Positions 57,624-64,000 of a stretch of DNA of 64,000 nucleotides are shown here, in pieces (the first letter of the stretch is position 1; each line of letters starts with the position of its first letter). This DNA comes from Guillardia theta CCMP2712. Its lineage: Eukaryota > Protista > Cryptophyta. The DNA lies in contig NW_005434658.1 of NCBI RefSeq assembly GCF_000315625.1, positions 893,504-957,503 of the forward strand, given 5' to 3'. Below the pieces are notes generated by a model. It worked only from the letters and a program-made list of their open reading frames with translations. It made no database searches and was not told the DNA's origin. The translations under genes were made by a program, and so were the position numbers.

Positions 57624-57781
57624 AATGAGATATGAACAAGATGGCAAGGAGAGACAAACAAATGGCTGTAGTTTATACGAGATGCGAGCTGAAAGCTAAA
57701 ACGGGATACCTGAATTCCTAGAATTTCCATCAAGTTCGAAAATGTTATATGCAGTTGTCAAGCTTCGGCAGTTTTGAGGGT

Positions 57782-58769
57782 TTATGAATCATGATAGTAA
57801 AACACTGCAGAAACGCCATAATGATCGGAAATAGTGCCAGGATCTTCATCTGTCTTATTACCTTTCGCTAGAACCTGGTCATGAAAAACGATTTTTCAGC
57901 AACACAACAAAAGAAAACAGATGTTATTACCCCCCAAGTCTTGCTGGAAGCTTTGATCTTCTCGACCTGACAGGAGCCGTCTTCGTACTCCCATCTCGGA
58001 CCTTCCTTCGCAGCTCGGAGGAAGATGTAATCCAAGGACTCGTCAGGACGTTCAGCATTCGACATTGTCACTTCGCGTGCCTGAGAGTCGTGACCCTGTG
58101 CATAAGCTTTTTCCGCCAGGATATCTCGAACAGGATTCAAGATTTCGAGCATTTCCTTGTACCTCTCCACGTCATTTCGAGCACAGATATTCATATCTCC
58201 TGCTACAATGCAGTTTGTTTCTCCCTCCAACAGCTTATTCGCCAAATATTTCAGTTGAGTTTTTCTTACTTCAACTGCATTTTCTCCACCACTGTAACAC
58301 TGAAGATGAGTGTCAATAATGACAAGCGGGGGTAAATTGGGGTCCACTTTGACATAGCATTTGAGCGCTCCCTTGGAAGTAAAAATTTCAATCCCAGCAA
58401 ATGTTCGGTATGAGATGAACTTGTTCTTCTCCTCTTCCAGTGGGAACTTGCTGAGGATCAGCAGGCCCGAGCATTGCGCAAACAGAACATTGGGAGACGA
58501 GAAACTGTACAGAAATCCCTCTTTCTTGAGCCTTTCCTTGAGCCAATCTTTAGCGCTCTGCGTTGATAATCCAAAGACAGAGAAAGTGAAAACCTGGCAA
58601 AAATTTGTCAACACAGACTAGAAAAAATCCAGGCCACTCTGCAAACCTCTTGGAGTATCAGGATGTCGAACCGACTGGCCTCAGCAGCCATGTCAGCCAG
58701 TCTTTGCGAATGGTGCGATGCTCCCGCGATGGGGAGGTACAGGTTTTGTGTGAGCACTTTTACCCGCAT
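57782..58769 (-). CDS. Endonuclease/exonuclease/phosphatase family protein (neutral sphingomyelinase-like)
   Basis: VLTQN, DILILQEV, SGLLILSKFP, KGAL, DTHLQ, AGDMN, LDYIF, and last exon SDHY. Confidence 0.85.
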
Positions 58770-59508
58770 CGCGGCAGGAATGGCAAAGATCCTAGGACCT
58801 GGGGCCTGGAAGACAAGAAACGACCAGAGCTTGAGCAAGAGAGATGAAGTGAGAGAGAAGGGGCACAAAGACGGTAAGGAGGGACACTACAAGGTAAAGG
58901 AAAGTCCAAGGGTTGAAGAGGCAGTGCAACGAACAGAGGAGGAGAGGAGAACCAAGTGGGATGTAAAGGAGATGGGAAGGACGGTTGGAGGATGAGAATA
59001 CTAGTGGAGAAGGGGGGGGGAGATAAGGGTGAGGTATGGGACACGTGAAGGGGAGAGGAGGGGAGAGGAGCGGGAAGACGCGAAGGGGGCGAAGGGGACG
59101 AGAATCGAGAAGAGGAAGGATTGGGAGGTGAAGGGGGTTTGTTTACCTCTTCAGGGTGGGTGGTTTCAAAAAGGTTTATATACTGGGAAAGATAGGGGTA
59201 CTCAAAAGAGGATCAAGGGGTGATCAGAGAGAGGGGGTGGTCAGTAAAAGCTTGCTCTTCACAATAGACCCAGTTGTTGCAATAACTATGTTTTAAAGAC
59301 TTTTCCTCTGGTGTGTAGAAGTGTACCAGGATTCACTTAAAATTATTAAACGTTTCGAGATTTGATGATAAAATATTATTACTGGTACAAATATATCAAG
59401 GATACATTGTTTTGTGACACATATATAATCTGCTTATATGGTATAAATTGTTTCACTTTCAGAGGCGGGCTTACTATCTTTTTTGTTTGTTTTACACTTC
59501 AGACAGCC

Positions 59509-61559
59509 ATGCTTTCGGCCTTTGTCGGTCAGTTTGGCGGGAGCGTGGGAGGGATGGTGATGGAAGAGGCGGCAACAGAGAGGAGAGGAGAGACAACGAG
59601 AGAGAGGAGAGGAGATGATACCACGAGGTTGGTGGATGCGAAGGGATTCAGCCGCGCAGTCATGGTGGATGGAGAAGCGAAGGTTGTAAAGAAGTGGGGA
59701 GACCGAGGACGACTGAGGACGGAGAATCGAGTTTGGAGGGACAGTGGTTGCGGAAACAACTGGGCAATGGGATACTTTGGTGAAGGCGCAAGGATGAGGA
59801 CACCGACTGCAACTGAGGAGAATGAAAATGTTTTGGTGAGGCGAGCAATGGAGGTTTTGAGGAGGGAGGGAGAGCGTCTAGATCGTTGTGAAGGCTGCAT
59901 GGTGTATCACTCGCTTGCAGGAGGCACGGGTGAGTAATCACATGAGAGAGTTCGCAGGGGTGAAACAATTTCAACAGGATCGGGACTTGGGTCCAGGCTC
60001 TTAGAGGAAATCCGTGATACCTTCAGCTGCCCTTTACTTTCCGTCTCCGTCCTGCCCTTCTCGGTCGGAGAACTTCCTCTTCAGGTCGAAGTCCCTCCCC
60101 CCACTCCCTCCTCCATCATATCGTGACTCTCTCCATCTGTGCTGTGGGTTCTGGAATCATGCTTCTTGCTGTGATGACGACAAATTGGTTGCTGAATGGG
60201 GAGCTGCAGTACTACAATAGCACGCTCTGTCTTTCCCGCATCGTAGAAGAGGCTGATGCTTGCCTTCTCTTTTCTAACGACGACATTCTTTCCATCATGT
60301 CAAAGCGGCTGGCTAAGAAGATAGGTTTGTCCGCTCTCTGTCCGGTCCAAGAAATCCACCTGAGCATTGTGCCAGGATCTGTTGTACGACCCGGGGATGC
60401 AGCAGGAACGCTCGTGAAGACAGAAGATCTCAACATGTATTCCCTCTCGCCTCATTTTCCTGCCAAGTCTGCGATTCTGATCGCAGGCATTTCCAGGTAC
60501 ATAACGACAGCGATTCTTGGACTAATCTTCCCCACGTTGAACTCATCCTCACACGGTCAAACTTGGGTACTTTCAAATGATCTTGTCATGGATGTTGATG
60601 ACTTAAAGAACAACTGGAGTATCTCAAAAATGGTTGCGGAGATTTCTGCGACTCGAGAGGCAAAGTTTGTTGGTATGCTTATCATGCAAAGGGTTGTCCC
60701 TTGAAATGAAAACAGAGTTATGGTCCACCACTGGCTCCTTACAGACTTCGAGCAAGCATCGATCTGATGTGCAAGGAATCTCCTGGACTAAATTGAGCCA
60801 GCAACTTTTCACTGAGGTAAGACAGAAGGAGAGCGTGCGAGCAAAGTGACTCTGTGTGCCAGGCTCCGCGTTATCAGCCGGCTCTATCCTCTACGAGTGG
60901 TGAAGCCCTCTGTCGGATCAAGACGTGCGCGTGAGACTGTTTGAGTCTGTTGTCTCGCTCTGATGTTCTCTCAAGGTCTCGGCTGATATTTCGAGGAAAC
61001 GCAGCGATGAGTCAGGCATCTGAGGTGCTTCTTGTTTCCTAGCCCTACCTCGCACTCTCGATTCACTCGTAAGAGTTCCTGTTGACACCGTGCCAACAGA
61101 TATCGTCGAGCCTCGAGAACGAGCTCTGTCGCAGTGCCGAACAAGTTCCAACCTGTTCTCTCCGCGGAGATGTCCCATGACCCTCGTTGCAGGTCTCGTG
61201 GATGAAAGGACCCAAGTCGTTCGTGTACGGCTCTCCTCGCCCAATCTTCAAACACTCGACCAAGAGCCTCACGTGGGCGACCACAAGGTCCTCCCGCACC
61301 TTGTGACGTGGACGCTGACGTTTGACAGGTCCTCGTACCTGCCGGCTTTCACCCACATCCTTCACCGCTGTGAAGACATGCTGGAGTCGAGAGCCTATCT
61401 TCACTGGTATGTTCGGTGAGTTTCTTCACATTCTGTGCTGTCTCTGATGTGGACAGGTATGGACTGAGGGCAGAAGATATGCAAGAGGCAATCGAGTTGA
61501 TGAGGAGTTGGTTGTCAGACTCGAGCGAATTCTTCGGTCGTTCACTTCTTTTTAACTAG
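59509..61559 (+). CDS. Divergent tubulin of the zeta/delta group (multi-exon)
   Basis: RAVMVDGEAKVV, GNNWAMGY, HSLAGGTG|SGLGSRLLEEIRD, GELPLQ|YYNSTLCL, AYLHWY. Confidence 0.8.
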
Positions 61560-61759
61560 AATTGTCCAGACTGACTTGACGGCTATCACAGAGATGCGAT
61601 AAGTCAAAGATCGAAAGTCATCTCAAGGCTTCCTGTCAGCCTTTCGCAAGTCACTCATACGGAAGGAAGATGTGAGAGGCTTGCTTCATGCTCGTGTTCT
61701 TGACTGACACTAACACCAGAGCTTCGTTTCTTTAAAAGTACAAGCAGCATCTGCGAGCA

Positions 61760-62520
61760 TTCGTCCTTGCCTGTTAGAATCCATGTCCTCGATAGCCCTG
61801 GTGGCTCGGGTATCCTCGGCCCTGCGGCTCAGGCTGGAAGTATCCGATCTGCCTTGCAGGCCTGCACATTTACTGTCAGCGTTCCTTGCTCGCTTGTGCT
61901 TCATAGCCTACCTGGCCTGAGGGGCCTGAGGGGCCTGAGGGGCACTGATCATACCATGCCTGCCATGTCCATGCATGTAGCCGTGGGACCGCATCGCTCG
62001 GTGGAACTCCTGGTCGAACTGCTCCTCTTGTCCGTCCTCGATGCCGAACGTGTTGTCTGTTGTCTCCTCCTCCCCGGACTGGAGGTCTCGAGACTTCTCA
62101 ACTCTTCGCGCGCGATCTCCGAGGCGCCTCTCGAGCATGATCCTCTCTCTGCCGCTTCCATCCCTCACCTGCCCCCCCCAGTCATCTACTCTCTTCCTCT
62201 GTCACACATCATCACCTGGCTCTGGACCTCTGCAACGCCTCCTGGGCCCATCCTTGCTGTCGTCGAAGACTGATGAACAGTACGCCCGTTGGAGGAAAAG
62301 GAAGACGACTGGAAGACCATGGACGACCCTCCTCCCATTCCACCACCGCTCATCATCATCTGGTTCATAGATGGAAAGCCTCCCATTGTCATCTGCATTC
62401 CTCCGAAGTTGTCGAAGCTACCGCCCACCAAACCCTATCCAACTTCATCAGATCACCACCACCAACATCACCACCATCATAATAATGGATAATGTCACTA
62501 CAACTATCACCACTATTTGC

Positions 62521-62552
<32 letters not shown>

Positions 62553-62730
62553 CTTTACCCCTCTGCCCGGGAATCCTCCAAAGGGGTCTCTGAAGAAGGG
62601 GTCGTCTTCGAACGGATCATGCTGCCTCGCGAGATCAGTGGAAGGAACAACCGCAGGACAGTAACCAACCCCCATCATCTCCCGGATCATATTCCTGCCC
62701 ATCATTTTTCCTAAAGAAAAGTCGTCATGG
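61760..62730 (-). CDS. Myeloid leukemia factor (MLF)-like protein (multi-exon; ends approximate)
   Basis: QSSTTARMGPGGVAEVQSQV|RDGSGRERIMLERRLGDRARRVEKSRD..GEEE..EQFDQEF matches the MLF domain. Confidence 0.75.
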
Positions 62731-64000
62731 ACTGGAAGGATCAGATTTTATCTTGGCAATGTCAACACGAACGCCATTGCTGAGTAGACTTTCTCTCTCT
62801 CCTCTAGGAATTAAAAGAACACGTTGCACTCCATATCTCATGTCTAAGTCCAAGGACTTCAACTACTGTGAAATGCGAATAAATGGTGAAGTGAAAGTGC
62901 TTTGCACGACAACATGTTAAGAAAGGTTTTGCATTTTTTGGTTACTCGTGCTCTCCCTTTCTGCTGAGCTCAACCAGTGATTCCGTTCCAAAATTACTGT
63001 CCTGTCGTGTACCGTACCACACCTCCTTGTTACGGCACCATCAAGTTATGCTGAACCATGGCAGCTCATCGCTAGTCTGCTCTATCATTGCATGCAATTT
63101 TCATCATCTTTTCCTTCGGCATCGTTCGCTCTCCCTCCCTCTACCTTCGACTGCCTGCCGCTCTCTCTTTCCCTCCTGCATTTGTTCCAGTCCACCAGCG
63201 ATGTTCCACCCCCACCCTCTCAAGTTCATCTCTGCTCAAGGACCCCACATCTTGGTCTACCCCACTTTCCCCTGTCATACACCCCTTATTCTTAGGCCAA
63301 CCAACCCTATTCCTAGCCCACCCCACCCCACCCTTGCATACAAGTTCGAGAGAATTTTCGAGCGCTTGACTAATAAACTGACGTAACTGTTGATTCGTAA
63401 CGGCTGGTTTGGACAATGTTCCGGGAGTCCGGCGACCTCGTCAAGTTCCCGGCGAAGTTCAACGGTTCACGGCCCGGCCGGCGTCACGTTCCGAGAGCAA
63501 TCAAGTTACGAGGACGGTTCAACCGTTGAACGGTTCCCTGGCATCCGAGTCACTGACGGCTGAGTCGGTCGTGACCGTGACTGGCCGTGTCCGGCGGACT
63601 CGCTTGGCTACAACACGGAAGACTAACTGATGATGATGTGTAGTTGAAGCACTAGTAAACAGTGCCGGGCTTCCGGGAGGCTTCTAGTAGCCTCCGCCTA
63701 GGCTTTCCGAAGTTCAAGTTTCTTCTTGCATCCTCTCATCGTCTTTCCGGGTCGGAGCTCCCGCGCTCTGCATCGACTGATTCTGCAGTCTGAGGAAGAG
63801 GATGGCGCTCTGCTCGAGAGGACGAAATGTGAGCAGGCGAGATGATAGCGAGGTCACGTTACCGCGTTGAAGCACTGAGACAGGATCTCGCGCTTGGATG
63901 GCCTTCCGTCTCGCCTCCCCTCCCTTCTTGGCTTGTTCCCAGCATCCGCAGCACTCCTGGCCCTCAGCTCAGCCCCTCGTTCTCCTCCCGCAGGGTTTGG

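Overview
Eukaryotic algal nuclear DNA: GC-rich, intron-rich, with short GT-AG introns and bipartite plastid/periplastid presequences. It is most consistent with a cryptophyte such as Guillardia theta (inference). Host genes: synaptojanin-like 5-phosphatase, PDZ-Sac1 phosphatase, presequence-bearing ribosomal eL29, AP-2 sigma, solanesyl diphosphate synthase, a very large NUP188-like gene, a membrane protein, a TRF-like Myb protein, an EEP/sphingomyelinase-like protein, a zeta/delta-type tubulin and an MLF-like protein. The main feature is a ~26.25 kb AT-rich, intronless endogenous Polinton-like virus (PLV) at about 30621-56874, bounded by two apparently identical 856-bp terminal inverted repeats. 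It encodes a tyrosine recombinase, a Prim-Pol/PriCT-2/SF3 primase-helicase, a minor capsid protein, two tandem major capsid paralogues, an A32 packaging ATPase, a GIY-YIG nuclease, small accessory genes and a giant (~2860 aa, frameshifted) fibre protein. No pPolB, rve integrase or protease is recognisable. The provirus sits inside exon 2 of a host HAD-hydrolase gene at a 2-bp CC direct repeat, so exact excision would restore the host reading frame. An iteron block from the TIRs recurs directly behind the primase-helicase gene (candidate origin). Two classes of NCLDV-like promoter motifs suggest a giant-virus-dependent, virophage-like lifestyle. All protein assignments come from motif recognition by eye; no database searches were run.
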